Shown one piece after another: positions 39,118 through 48,570 of a stretch of DNA of 64,000 bases. Within the stretch, counting starts at the first letter, position 1, and each line of letters opens with the position of its first letter. Both the position numbers and the translations under genes were made by a program. Source of the stretch: Candidatus Caenarcanales bacterium (GTDB taxonomy: Bacteria > Cyanobacteriota > Vampirovibrionia > Caenarcaniphilales > Caenarcanaceae); assembly GCA_947494115.1 (NCBI GenBank), contig CANLTT010000001.1, positions 192 to 64,191 on the forward strand, given 5' to 3'. The notes under the pieces were generated by a model, which ran no database searches, was not told the DNA's origin, and saw only the letters and a list, made by a program, of their open reading frames with translations.

Positions 39118-39998
39118 TGAATTTTTTTAGCTTAAATACTCTTTGGATTTTTATTAGTGGAGATGATGAAGATAGATTTATTGATGACATTCGCTTTGGG
39201 TTGGCTGTTCTAAAGAGTAAAGGCATTGACGAAGAAAATATAAAAATCTTCATTGATGGTGAGCAAAACCTTATTCATGCTCGCTTTGGTAACGAATTAG
39301 GAAATAATCAGGTTTTATGTCTATCTGCTTTAGAAGAAGAGTTAAAAACAAAAAGCTACAAAAATGTCGTTCTTTTTACAACTGGACATGGTAGCGAGTT
39401 TGGATTAGCGGGGAATAATCCGATTTCTCCTTATAAACTTTTGAAAATAATTAGGTTAATTCCTGAAATTGAAAGAGGATTATTTGTGATTGGACAATGT
39501 TATGCGGGAATTTTCAATCATATTGACGCAAAACCTACCAAAGGTTCTTCTGAAGCAGAGATTTGTATTTTAGGCAGTGCTGGCTTTTCTCCGAGTTTAA
39601 GTTCTTCAGGGTCTCTAGAAGAGAAACTACCAAAAAAACTAATTGATTTATATGGCTTGAAAAAATGGACGGCTAATGTTTTTCTTTTTTATTTTTTTCT
39701 TTGGCTTTATGAACCTCAAGATATTGACGGAAACGGTGAATTAACAGTAATGGATGCTTATAAATTTGTGGCAATAAAAACTAGCGAACATATAAACAAT
39801 GAGAAAAAAATGTGGACTTTTAGTTCTGTTTTTAAAATTCAACAATTTAAAGACAGAGTTTCTGAAATGCTTGATGAAAACGAAAAGATTTTATACTTAC
39901 AAGAAATAGATTCAATACTTGAACTTTTACATATTTATCAAGAACCTTTTATTTGCAATTCACGGTTTGCGCAAGAATTAAAATTTGAAATTAGCTAA
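39117..39998 (+). CDS. Caspase-like clan CD cysteine peptidase (C14/C13-like His-Cys dyad)
   Basis: Hydrophobic beta-strand blocks precede each residue of a catalytic dyad: NVVLFTTGHGSEFG (His-Gly) and, about 35 aa later, GLFVIGQCYAGIF (Gln-Cys-x-x-Gly, compare caspase QACRG). Total length is 293 aa. Confidence 0.55.
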   Translation: MNFFSLNTLWIFISGDDEDRFIDDIRFGLAVLKSKGIDEENIKIFIDGEQNLIHARFGNELGNNQVLCLSALEEELKTKSYKNVVLFTTGHGSEFGLAGNNPISPYKLLKIIRLIPEIERGLFVIGQCYAGIFNHIDAKPTKGSSEAEICILGSAGFSPSLSSSGSLEEKLPKKLIDLYGLKKWTANVFLFYFFLWLYEPQDIDGNGELTVMDAYKFVAIKTSEHINNEKKMWTFSSVFKIQQFKDRVSEMLDENEKILYLQEIDSILELLHIYQEPFICNSRFAQELKFEIS

Positions 39999-40008
39999 AG
40001 CCTGTTCA

Positions 40009-42408
40009 CTAACCACTTTCAAGCAATTCGGCTTTTTGTTGAAGCAAATTTAAACGCCTTTTTAAGCCTTCTGGCAGATTTTCTAGTTTTGGGTTTTGCG
40101 CAATAAACTTATCTGCGGAGGTTTTAGCTTTTTCGAGAATATCACCATGCAAGGCCAAACTTTCTAAACCAAAGTCAGAGAGGCCACTTTGTCGGGTACC
40201 CAAAAACTCACCCGGACCTCTGATTTTAAGGTCTTCTTGGGCAATTATAAAACCATTTTGCGTTTGCTCCATTATATGCAGTCTTTGCTCGGTTGTAGTT
40301 GAACGAGAGTCTGCAAAAAGAAAACAATAAGATTGCCACACACTTCGTCCAACACGGCCTCGCAATTGATGTAGCTGAGACAAACCAAAGCGTTCAGCAT
40401 TTTCGATAATCATAATCGTGGCATTTGGCACATCAACACCAACTTCAATTACGGTTGTTCCAACCAAAACCTGAATTTCATTTTTGCGAAAAGCATTCAT
40501 TACTTCATCTTTATCTTCGGTAGAAAGCTTGCCATGCACAATTCCAACTTTATAATTTTCATAAATTTTTTCGAGTTTAATGGCTTCTTCGGTAACTGCT
40601 TTAGCGGATAGGCTCTCTGATTCCTCGATTAGCGGATAAACAATATAGGCTTGCCGCCCTTCGGCTAATTGTTTTTTGACAAATTCATGAGCGGCTTTGC
40701 GGTCTCGGCCTTGCACTAAGCGAGTTTGTATTGGTTTGCGGCCAGCGGGCAATTCGTCAATTTCAGAAAGATCGAGATTGCCATATAAAGCCAAAGCCAA
40801 AGTGCGTGGAATTGGAGTAGCTGTCATAAAGAGGCAATCGACCATTTTACCTTTGCGTTTTAAAAACTCTCTTTGCTTGACTCCAAAACGGTGCTGTTCA
40901 TCAATAACCGCTAAACCTAAATTTGCAAATTCAACTCCTTCTTGAATTAAAGCGTGAGTGCCGACTACAAGAGGAATTTGACCATTAGCTAAACCTGTTG
41001 AAACTTCTCGTCTTTCGGCTGTTTTTTGTGAACCAATCAAAAGAGCCGTCCGCACGCCAAGTGGAGAGAGCCATTCTTGAAATTTACGAAAATGTTGTTC
41101 GGCTAAAATTTCGGTTGGAGCCATTAAAGCCGATTGTTCTCCACGTTCAAGTGCCATTAACATTGTCAAAAGCGCCACAATGGTTTTTCCGCTACCGACA
41201 TCACCTTGCAAAAGCCTGTTCATGGCGATTGGTTGCCTTAAATCGATTTGAATTTCGCTTAAAACTTTTGTTTGAGCCTTGGTGAGCGCAAAAGGCAATA
41301 ATTGGCTAAATTTGGCAAAAATTCCATTTTCCGATAATAATAAAAGCCTATTTTGGGTGCTGAGCTTGGCGGCTGTGTGAGCGGCTCTTTTGATTGAAAG
41401 CGGCAATTGCATCAAAAAAAACTCTTCAAAAATAATGCGTTCTTGGGCTTTTTCTAGTTTGCTTTCAGAATCAGGGAAATGCATTTGAAAAGCGGCCTCT
41501 TTAAAGCTCATTAAATCAAATTCTGGCGGCAAGGTTTCTTCAATTTGGTCATTAAATTTGTCAAAAGCATTATAAATAATTTTGCGCAAGCGGCTCTGAT
41601 TAAGGCCTTCGGTTAAACCATAAATTGGCACAAAACGCCCAACTTCCAAAGATTCAGAACCTTGTTTTTCTTCATCTAAAATCTCAACCGAAAAATTGGT
41701 AAGTTGATAACGACTTGTTTTATCAAATTGAGCGCAACCAGAGACCATTACCAAAGAATTAATCGCAAATTGTTTTTTATAATTTTCCAACAAAAACTTA
41801 TTAGAACGACCAGCCACAAATTTATTCAGCGTAACTGTGCCCGTGGAGTCGGTGATCTGAATATTTAAAATGCCTAAATTGGGATTACGTGGACTTTGAA
41901 AAGCATTAACCTTGCTAACCACGCCTATAATGGTGGCTTCGAGACCAACTTTTAAATCACGAATATAAACTCTTTCGCTAAAATTTAGGTGTTTTCGAGG
42001 CCAATAACAAAGCAAATCTTGTACTGTAAAAATGCCAAGTTTATTTAAAGTTTTGGCCAAAATGTTTCCCACAGCGGGTAGCCATTTTATATCGGTTTCC
42101 CAGAGCGCACTTTTAGTAAATGTTTCTTTTTTTTCGGTTTTCTCAAGGTCTTTGGCCAAATCGTGCAAATTGGTTTTAGTGTTTCTTATAAGTTGCATTC
42201 GGCTTGGCAAGTCTAAGCTGGCATAAATTTTATATTTTTTACTTAATTCTTGCGCCAGCGTAATTTGATGATTTGCAAATAAAATATCAAAGGTTTTATG
42301 CATAAATTGCGAAAAAGTTTCCTTTTGGCCGACTAAATCGCTATAAGATGCCTTTTCCTCAAATTCAATTGCTTTTTTTATTTTATTTATATAAACCGCA
42401 AAGCTCAT
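40009..42408 (-). CDS. recG: ATP-dependent DNA helicase RecG
   Basis: A wedge/OB domain and a superfamily-2 helicase with Walker A (GDVGSGKT), DEQHRFGV and a C-terminal TRG motif region. Confidence 0.9.
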   Translation of the reverse strand: MSFAVYINKIKKAIEFEEKASYSDLVGQKETFSQFMHKTFDILFANHQITLAQELSKKYKIYASLDLPSRMQLIRNTKTNLHDLAKDLEKTEKKETFTKSALWETDIKWLPAVGNILAKTLNKLGIFTVQDLLCYWPRKHLNFSERVYIRDLKVGLEATIIGVVSKVNAFQSPRNPNLGILNIQITDSTGTVTLNKFVAGRSNKFLLENYKKQFAINSLVMVSGCAQFDKTSRYQLTNFSVEILDEEKQGSESLEVGRFVPIYGLTEGLNQSRLRKIIYNAFDKFNDQIEETLPPEFDLMSFKEAAFQMHFPDSESKLEKAQERIIFEEFFLMQLPLSIKRAAHTAAKLSTQNRLLLLSENGIFAKFSQLLPFALTKAQTKVLSEIQIDLRQPIAMNRLLQGDVGSGKTIVALLTMLMALERGEQSALMAPTEILAEQHFRKFQEWLSPLGVRTALLIGSQKTAERREVSTGLANGQIPLVVGTHALIQEGVEFANLGLAVIDEQHRFGVKQREFLKRKGKMVDCLFMTATPIPRTLALALYGNLDLSEIDELPAGRKPIQTRLVQGRDRKAAHEFVKKQLAEGRQAYIVYPLIEESESLSAKAVTEEAIKLEKIYENYKVGIVHGKLSTEDKDEVMNAFRKNEIQVLVGTTVIEVGVDVPNATIMIIENAERFGLSQLHQLRGRVGRSVWQSYCFLFADSRSTTTEQRLHIMEQTQNGFIIAQEDLKIRGPGEFLGTRQSGLSDFGLESLALHGDILEKAKTSADKFIAQNPKLENLPEGLKRRLNLLQQKAELLESG

Positions 42409-42528
42409 CAGTTAATTAAAGTCAATAAATATATTTTAAGTTTAAACCACACAAAAAAAGATTAAGACAATAATTTCTTAAGAAAAGCCGACTTCGGTTA
42501 AAATTTAAATACTTGTAATAGCCCTAAA

Positions 42529-43572
42529 TTGAATAATACAAATAATACAGAATTGTTTTTGATTGGCATCGATTATAAGTCTAGTCCCGTGGAAGTGCGA
42601 GAGAAATTTGCTTTTTTGCCGCATGAACAAATGGGTGTTTTATGTGCTTTTAAAGCCGAAATTGGAGCTGTTGTTTGTTTAAGCACTTGCAATCGCACCG
42701 AAATTTATTTGTCTTCTAATCTATCAGCCACTGAGGTTAAAAACAAAAGTTATTCTATAATTGCTAATTTAAAAAAGCTTAATTCTAATCTGATCGCTGA
42801 ACATACAAGCTTTTTGGCTGGCCTTGAAGTTGTTAATCATCTTTTTAGGGTTTCTTCTGGCCTTGAGAGCATGATTTTAGGCGAAGGACAAATTTTAAAT
42901 CAAGTTAAAAATGCTTATAGCTCATCTCTGGCTTTTACCGATAATACTCTTAATCAATTATTTCAGAGAGCTTTGGCGGCTGGCAAAAAGGTGCGCACTT
43001 TAACCGAAATTTCTAAAGGTGCAATGTCTGTTCCATCAGCGGCTTTGCAAATTGTGCAAAAAATATTATTTCCCTCCGAATTATCCGAAAAAAATATAAT
43101 GGTTCTCGGAGCTGGCCAAATTGCCGAAATCTGTCTTGAATTACTGTCTTCTCAAGGTGCTAATCATATAACTTTAGTAAATCGCTCTCTCAATCACAAT
43201 TTGCAATTAACAAAATATGGCATAAATCAAACTATCAGCTATGCAAGCCTATTACAATATATTTATACTCAAGATTTGATTTTGGTTTGTACTGGTGCAC
43301 CTCATTATGTGATTGAAGCCAGCTTTTTTGAAAATCATTCTAAGCCAATTATTATTTGTGATTTATCTTTGCCGAGGAATGTTGATCCTGAAATCCAAAA
43401 AATTCCTAATATTAAATTACTTGATTTGGACTTTTTAAACACGGCTATTTCTCAAAATATTTCACGGCGTTCTTCTCAGATGGAGACAGCCGAAGAAATT
43501 ATAAAACTCGAAATCGATAAGTTCTTTCAGTGGAAAACCAAAGCGCAACAATTTACAAATAATTATGTCTAA
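42529..43572 (+). CDS. hemA: Glutamyl-tRNA reductase
   Basis: Contains LFLIGIDYKSSPVEVREKFAF, STCNRTEIY and a Rossmann VLGAGQIAE. Confidence 0.85.
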   Translation: MNNTNNTELFLIGIDYKSSPVEVREKFAFLPHEQMGVLCAFKAEIGAVVCLSTCNRTEIYLSSNLSATEVKNKSYSIIANLKKLNSNLIAEHTSFLAGLEVVNHLFRVSSGLESMILGEGQILNQVKNAYSSSLAFTDNTLNQLFQRALAAGKKVRTLTEISKGAMSVPSAALQIVQKILFPSELSEKNIMVLGAGQIAEICLELLSSQGANHITLVNRSLNHNLQLTKYGINQTISYASLLQYIYTQDLILVCTGAPHYVIEASFFENHSKPIIICDLSLPRNVDPEIQKIPNIKLLDLDFLNTAISQNISRRSSQMETAEEIIKLEIDKFFQWKTKAQQFTNNYV

Positions 43573-44905
43573 TTCATCTTATTTTGAACAATTACTAAAG
43601 GCTTTCAGAGAGCAAGCTAGTGGCACTTTAAAAAATGGCAAGCTCGAACGTTGGATTGGAACGGTTACAAAAATTGTGGGTTTGATGATTGAATGCCGTA
43701 TACCGGGTGCCATGATTGGCGAATTGTGCGAAATTGTAACCGAAAATGGTGATAAAAGGCTCGCAGAAGTAGTTGGTTTTAAAGAAGATAGCTCGATTTT
43801 GCTTTTACTTGGAGCTGGTGGTGGCCTTCATCAAGGAAGCAAGGTTTACCCGACTGGCAAAACTTTACAAGTTCCTGTTGGGGAGGCTATGTTGGGCCGC
43901 ATTGTTGATTCTTTGGGGCGACCTTTAGACGGAAAGCCTTTAAGCGGAATCAAAGAATGGCGTGGAATTGATGCCGATCCGCCAGAAGCATATGGAAGGC
44001 CACGCATTGACGAAGTGTTTTCAACGGGGGTCAGAGCCATTGATTCGCTTTTGACCTTAGGCGTTGGCCAAAGAATTGGTTTATTTGCTGGCTCTGGAGT
44101 GGGTAAATCGACTTTGATGGGTATGATTGCCCGTTATAGTGATGCCGAGGTTAATGTAATTGCCTTGGTTGGTGAGCGTGGTCGGGAAGTACAAGATTTT
44201 ATTGAAGCAAGCTTGGGTGAAGAAGGCCTTAAAAAGTCGGTGGTTGTAATTGCTACCTCAGACCAACCTGCCATGTTTCGCCTCAAATGCCTCTTCACCG
44301 CCACAACTATGGCTGAATATTTTAGAGATAAAAATAAAAAGGTTATGCTGATGGTTGATTCAGTAACTAGAACCGCAATGGCTGGACGTGAAGTTGGTCT
44401 ATCGGTTGGTGAGCCGCCCACTATGAAAGGCTATACTCCTTCGGTTTTTGCCATGCTACCTCGCATTTTGGAGCGGGCTGGTTTATCTAAGGCTGGCTCC
44501 ATAACCGCCATTTATAGCACCTTGGTGGATGGAGACGATTTTAATGAACCAATTGCTGATACTGTACGGGGAATTTTGGATGGCCATATTTTACTTTCCC
44601 GTGATATTGCGGCCAAAAATCATTTTCCAGCTATTAATATTTTAGGTTCTGTTAGTCGTTTATTTACAGAACTCGCTGATCAAGACCATCAAAAGGCCGC
44701 TGGTGATATCCGAAATATGATGGCTACTTATCAAAAATCTGAAGATTTAATCACAATAGGGGCTTATACCAAAGGCACCGATCCACGATTGGACAGAGCG
44801 ATTATGTTACAAGACCCTACAAATGACTTTTTAAAACAGGCAACTCATGCGCCAACGAACTTTGAAGAAACTATAAGACACTTAAAAGAAATCTCAAGTT
44901 TATAA
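43565..44905 (+). CDS. fliI: Flagellum-specific / type III secretion ATPase (FliI family)
   Basis: Walker A (GLFAGSGVGKSTLMGMIAR), a Walker B region (KVMLMVDSVTR) and typical FliI N- and C-terminal regions. Confidence 0.85.
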   Translation: MSNSSYFEQLLKAFREQASGTLKNGKLERWIGTVTKIVGLMIECRIPGAMIGELCEIVTENGDKRLAEVVGFKEDSSILLLLGAGGGLHQGSKVYPTGKTLQVPVGEAMLGRIVDSLGRPLDGKPLSGIKEWRGIDADPPEAYGRPRIDEVFSTGVRAIDSLLTLGVGQRIGLFAGSGVGKSTLMGMIARYSDAEVNVIALVGERGREVQDFIEASLGEEGLKKSVVVIATSDQPAMFRLKCLFTATTMAEYFRDKNKKVMLMVDSVTRTAMAGREVGLSVGEPPTMKGYTPSVFAMLPRILERAGLSKAGSITAIYSTLVDGDDFNEPIADTVRGILDGHILLSRDIAAKNHFPAINILGSVSRLFTELADQDHQKAAGDIRNMMATYQKSEDLITIGAYTKGTDPRLDRAIMLQDPTNDFLKQATHAPTNFEETIRHLKEISSL

Positions 44906-44915
44906 GTTTCTCAAA

Positions 44916-45275
44916 TTACCATCTAGCTGAAAAATTGCTACGGCCTCTGCTATTGCCGCCACCGCCGCCACCGCCGCCGTTTCCGCCTCTGCTATTACCG
45001 CCGCCGCCTCTTTTGAAATCTTGAGATGGTGGTTTAGCTTCGGTAACTTTGAGTGGACGACCTTGATAGCTAGCTTCATTAAAGCGGTTAATTGCTTCAA
45101 CGGCTTCTTCAAGAGTATTCATCTCTACAAAAGCAAAGCCCTTGCTTCTACCAGTTTCTCTATCAGTTATGATTTTGACTGATACGACACTGCCGCACTC
45201 TTCAAAAATAGATCTTAACTCATCTTCGGTAGCACTGAAAGGCAGATTGCCTACGTATAATTTCTTATTGTTCAA
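44916..45275 (-). CDS. RRM-type RNA-binding protein with a glycine-rich C-terminal tail (cyanobacterial Rbp-like)
   Basis: RNP2 (LYVGNL), RNP1 (KGFAFVEM) and a C-terminal GGGGNSRGGNGGGGGGGGNSRGR tail. Confidence 0.9.
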   Translation of the reverse strand: MNNKKLYVGNLPFSATEDELRSIFEECGSVVSVKIITDRETGRSKGFAFVEMNTLEEAVEAINRFNEASYQGRPLKVTEAKPPSQDFKRGGGGNSRGGNGGGGGGGGNSRGRSNFSARW

Positions 45276-45417
45276 CTTAAAAACTCCTTAAACTAAAATA
45301 CTTTAAAAAAGCCAAGGAGTTATGTATCAAAAAATAACTTACTTAACTTAATCTAAAGAAATTATAATGATAACACTGATTAATTTGAACCTCAAGGTTG
45401 TTTAATTTTTTTTAATA

Positions 45418-45891
45418 TTAAGTTTTTGTTTTTAAGCTAGCTATTTTCTTTCTTTGTTCTTCTATGCTATTAAAAGCCAAATCTTGCTTATCCGATAATT
45501 GTTGTAATTGTTGTTCAGTTAAATTAGACCTCACAAAAAGCCAAGTTTCAAGTTGATAATTACGTAAAGTTTGATAAGCAGTTTCGGTTTCTTTGTTTTT
45601 CTTTTGCAAAATATTTTTGTTGGCATCGGCCTTGAGAGCTAGTTGTAAATAATTTCCCATTGAATCAATTGCTTTTTCTTGCAGTTCATTGGTTCTGTCT
45701 GTGCGGCTTTCAAGAACGGCTTTGATTTTTATTTTTTGCTCATTATTTAAATTAAGTTTTAAAGCACTTTGTATTAAACCTTGAATGCTTGGTCTTGGAC
45801 TGAGAGGGCGTTTAGTTACAGCTCCAATTGATGGCTCAAGCCAATTAAAGCCCAGTATTATTAGGCCAATTAATAAAATTTTTATACGCAT
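45418..45891 (-). CDS. Periplasmic LTXXQ-motif protein (Spy/CpxP-like)
   Basis: A signal peptide, then a helical protein with LNLNNEQ and SNLTEQQLQQL motifs. Confidence 0.45.
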   Translation of the reverse strand: MRIKILLIGLIILGFNWLEPSIGAVTKRPLSPRPSIQGLIQSALKLNLNNEQKIKIKAVLESRTDRTNELQEKAIDSMGNYLQLALKADANKNILQKKNKETETAYQTLRNYQLETWLFVRSNLTEQQLQQLSDKQDLAFNSIEEQRKKIASLKTKT

Positions 45892-46019
45892 TTTTCAATC
45901 TCCATCAATTAAACAGTTTTTCTAGAGCAAAATAATGGCTTGTAAGTCATAGCCAAATAGTTGCATAATTATTTTGGTTTTGAGCGTATTTTGACAAACT
46001 AAACATATTTATAGCGCAA

Positions 46020-46394
46020 ATGCTAAATAATGAACAAATTGAGACTTTAAATGCTGGCATAAACCTTTTTAATGCTAAAGATTTTTTTGAGGCGCATGAA
46101 TTTTTTGAAGAATTATGGCAAACTGCCGAAACCGATTTAGAAAGAGCACAATTTTTGTTTTTAGTGCGCTTGGCCGCTGGTGGTGTTCACCTTATCAATT
46201 CAAATTATAGTTGTTTATTTTTATACGATTTGGCTTATAAACAGGTTTTAGAAGGCCTAGAAATTGATTTTTTAGATTTAAGCGAATTCAACAAAAGTTT
46301 GAGTCAATTAATAATTTGCCTGCAAGATTCTTCTAGAGCTGAATTACAAACCATTGCGCAAAATTTAGAACTTAAGCTTTTTATAAAACTCTGA
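46020..46394 (+). CDS. DUF309-domain protein
   Basis: Carries the AHEFFEELWQ (HExxEEhW) signature of DUF309. Confidence 0.5.
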   Translation: MLNNEQIETLNAGINLFNAKDFFEAHEFFEELWQTAETDLERAQFLFLVRLAAGGVHLINSNYSCLFLYDLAYKQVLEGLEIDFLDLSEFNKSLSQLIICLQDSSRAELQTIAQNLELKLFIKL

Positions 46395-46430
46395 TGATCA
46401 ATCACACTGACTGGCTCAGTATAATGCTTT

Positions 46431-46727
46431 TTATAAATTTTCAAAGATTTGGTCTATTTGAGCGGCTAAAGCAAAATCTTGATCGGTTAAACCTTTGGCC
46501 GAGTGCGTAACAAGCTGAACTATTATTTTGCAGTAATCAATTATTAGCACTGGATGGTGATTAGCTGTTTCGGCTTTTATGGCAATTTTTTGCACAAATT
46601 CAATTCCTTGCAAATAAGCCGAAAAATTAAAGCTTTTCTCTAAAAATTTAAATTCTGTTTCTTTGCATTGCCAGTTTTCAAGCTTGCTTAGGTTTTCTTG
46701 AATTTGATTTTGATTTAAATTTTGCAT
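46431..46727 (-). CDS. phhB: Pterin-4a-carbinolamine dehydratase
   Basis: Contains the PCD/DCoH motifs W...F.F..F..A..F...IA..AE..NHHP and THSAKGLTDQDFALAAQID. Confidence 0.8.
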   Translation of the reverse strand: MQNLNQNQIQENLSKLENWQCKETEFKFLEKSFNFSAYLQGIEFVQKIAIKAETANHHPVLIIDYCKIIVQLVTHSAKGLTDQDFALAAQIDQIFENL

Positions 46728-46733
46728 AAATAA

Positions 46734-47618
46734 ATGAATCTCTTTTGGAAATTGTACGTCTTGGGTTTAATTATGCAAGCTTTAATTGAAAATTTAGAAA
46801 AAGAAATTAGCCCTTTAATTCAGGGGCAAATAGCTAAAGTTTTTTTGAATTTATGGCAAGCAAATTTTCAGGGTTTGGCTTTAAGCCAGAAAAAAAATGG
46901 CCAAAATTTTTATAGTTTTAGACCTTATATTTTAGGAGAAGATGATGCAAAGCGGATCAATTGGAAATTAATGGCCAAATATCAAGAGCCTTTTGTGATG
47001 GAAACTGAAGCCGAAAAAGATTTTGCGCCTTGGATTTTGCTTGATTCTAGCGGTTCTATGCTTAGCAAAAAAAACAAAATTTTAGCGATAATTTATTTTT
47101 TACTCAAAATTTATAGCGGTCAAAAAACTAATTTGCTTTGGGGTAATTCAAATTATTTACAGATAGCTCCCAAAAAAGGAATTGAAAAATATATTATCGA
47201 CAAAGTCTCTTCTATTGAGCTGAAAGGTGAAAATAATTTAGCCAGCTTAATTTATAATTTAAAGCCAATTTTTAAAATGCCACCCAATTGTCCTTTGGTT
47301 ATTATAAGCGATTTGCTTGAATTTGAGCATTGGGCCGAGCCAATTAAAATGCTTTGCCAAAAACACAATTTATTGCTTATTCATTTAAGTTCTGACTTTG
47401 ACCATTTATTGCCGCAAATTGGCTATTCTTATTTGAAAAACCCTGAAACTGGAAAATTGCTTTTGCTCAATTGTTCTGATTCTAAGCTTCAAAAAATTTA
47501 TAAAACAAATTCAGAAACTAAAGAACAAAAAATTTATGCCGATTTAAAACCTTTTTTAAATATTTGGAAAATTCATACCGACTTGCCTTTGCTTGAATCT
47601 GTGAAGGAATTAATCTAA
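46734..47618 (+). CDS. DUF58-family protein (vWA-like; usually a MoxR partner)
   Basis: Matches the DUF58 core: FRPYILGEDDAKRINWKLMAKYQEPFVMETEAE...WILLDSSGSM. The start may be the downstream Met at 46773. Confidence 0.5.
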   Translation: MNLFWKLYVLGLIMQALIENLEKEISPLIQGQIAKVFLNLWQANFQGLALSQKKNGQNFYSFRPYILGEDDAKRINWKLMAKYQEPFVMETEAEKDFAPWILLDSSGSMLSKKNKILAIIYFLLKIYSGQKTNLLWGNSNYLQIAPKKGIEKYIIDKVSSIELKGENNLASLIYNLKPIFKMPPNCPLVIISDLLEFEHWAEPIKMLCQKHNLLLIHLSSDFDHLLPQIGYSYLKNPETGKLLLLNCSDSKLQKIYKTNSETKEQKIYADLKPFLNIWKIHTDLPLLESVKELI

Positions 47619-47704
47619 ATTACCAAATAAATTGCCAATAAATTTTAAGTAAATCTTTATTCAAATCGCTATAATTCGGCATATATCTTTTTTGACAATA
47701 ATTT

Positions 47705-48532
47705 ATGACTGAAAAAAATATTTTTGTACTTATAAAACAAGTTCCAGACCAATCGGCCAAAGCTGGCATTAATCCAGACGGAACTATAGACAGAGCCAAA
47801 GCAAAGCGCATGATAAACCCCTTCGATAAATTTGCTTTGCAGGCCGCTCTCGAAACCAAAAGAAATTATGGCGGCAAAATAACCGTAATTTCGATGGGAC
47901 CACCTGCCGCCGAAGAAATTTTGCTTGAAGGCATTGAACACGGCGCAGATGCTGGCTGGCTTTTGAGCGACAAACGTTTAGCGGCTTCTGATACTTTGGC
48001 AACTTCATATGCTCTTTATAAAACAGTTGAACATTTAAAACCTTTTGACTTAATTTTTTGCGGCTTACAAACCACAGACGGAGACACCGCACAAGTTGGT
48101 CCTTCTTTAGCCGAAAGATTAGGCATTCCTCAAATTACTTATTGTGAAGATTTTAAAATTGAAGATGGTAAAGTGAAAGCCCGTCGTGTAATTGAAGGTG
48201 GCTATCAATGGGTGAAAACACCAACTCCTTGTTTAGTTACAGTGGCTAATTCTTATCATCATCTTGAATATAAAACCATCAGAGGAGCCAAGCAAGTACA
48301 AGACCTATCGAGGCAACCCGAAGAAAAAGCCAAAGTTATTCGGTTTTTAAATCTTGACCAAATTAATGCCGATCCTCTTTTGTGCGGCTTAAAAGGCTCG
48401 CCAACCATTGTGGCCAAAACCGATAAAGTATCCGAAATTGGCGGTAGCTGTAAAATATATCAAGGTGCGTCTGCTGAGCAGATGGTTCATGAAATGGTCA
48501 ATGAAACTAATCTTCTCGAATTTGTGAAATAA
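47705..48532 (+). CDS. etfB: Electron transfer flavoprotein beta subunit (FixA/EtfB)
   Basis: Has the ETF beta N-terminus (IFVLIKQVPD), NPFDKFALQAALE and CGLQTTDGDTAQVGP. Confidence 0.85.
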   Translation: MTEKNIFVLIKQVPDQSAKAGINPDGTIDRAKAKRMINPFDKFALQAALETKRNYGGKITVISMGPPAAEEILLEGIEHGADAGWLLSDKRLAASDTLATSYALYKTVEHLKPFDLIFCGLQTTDGDTAQVGPSLAERLGIPQITYCEDFKIEDGKVKARRVIEGGYQWVKTPTPCLVTVANSYHHLEYKTIRGAKQVQDLSRQPEEKAKVIRFLNLDQINADPLLCGLKGSPTIVAKTDKVSEIGGSCKIYQGASAEQMVHEMVNETNLLEFVK

Positions 48533-48570
48533 TTTAGTACAATTGCGTTTTAGTTTTTACAAATAAATTT

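Noticed and set aside
40697-42226. Plus-strand ORFs 40697..40945, 40998..41285 and 42032..42226
   Set aside because: They lie inside recG, in antisense.
47620-48092. Minus-strand ORFs 47620..47859, 47669..47941 and 47784..48092
   Set aside because: They overlap the confidently identified etfB gene in antisense, with no motifs.
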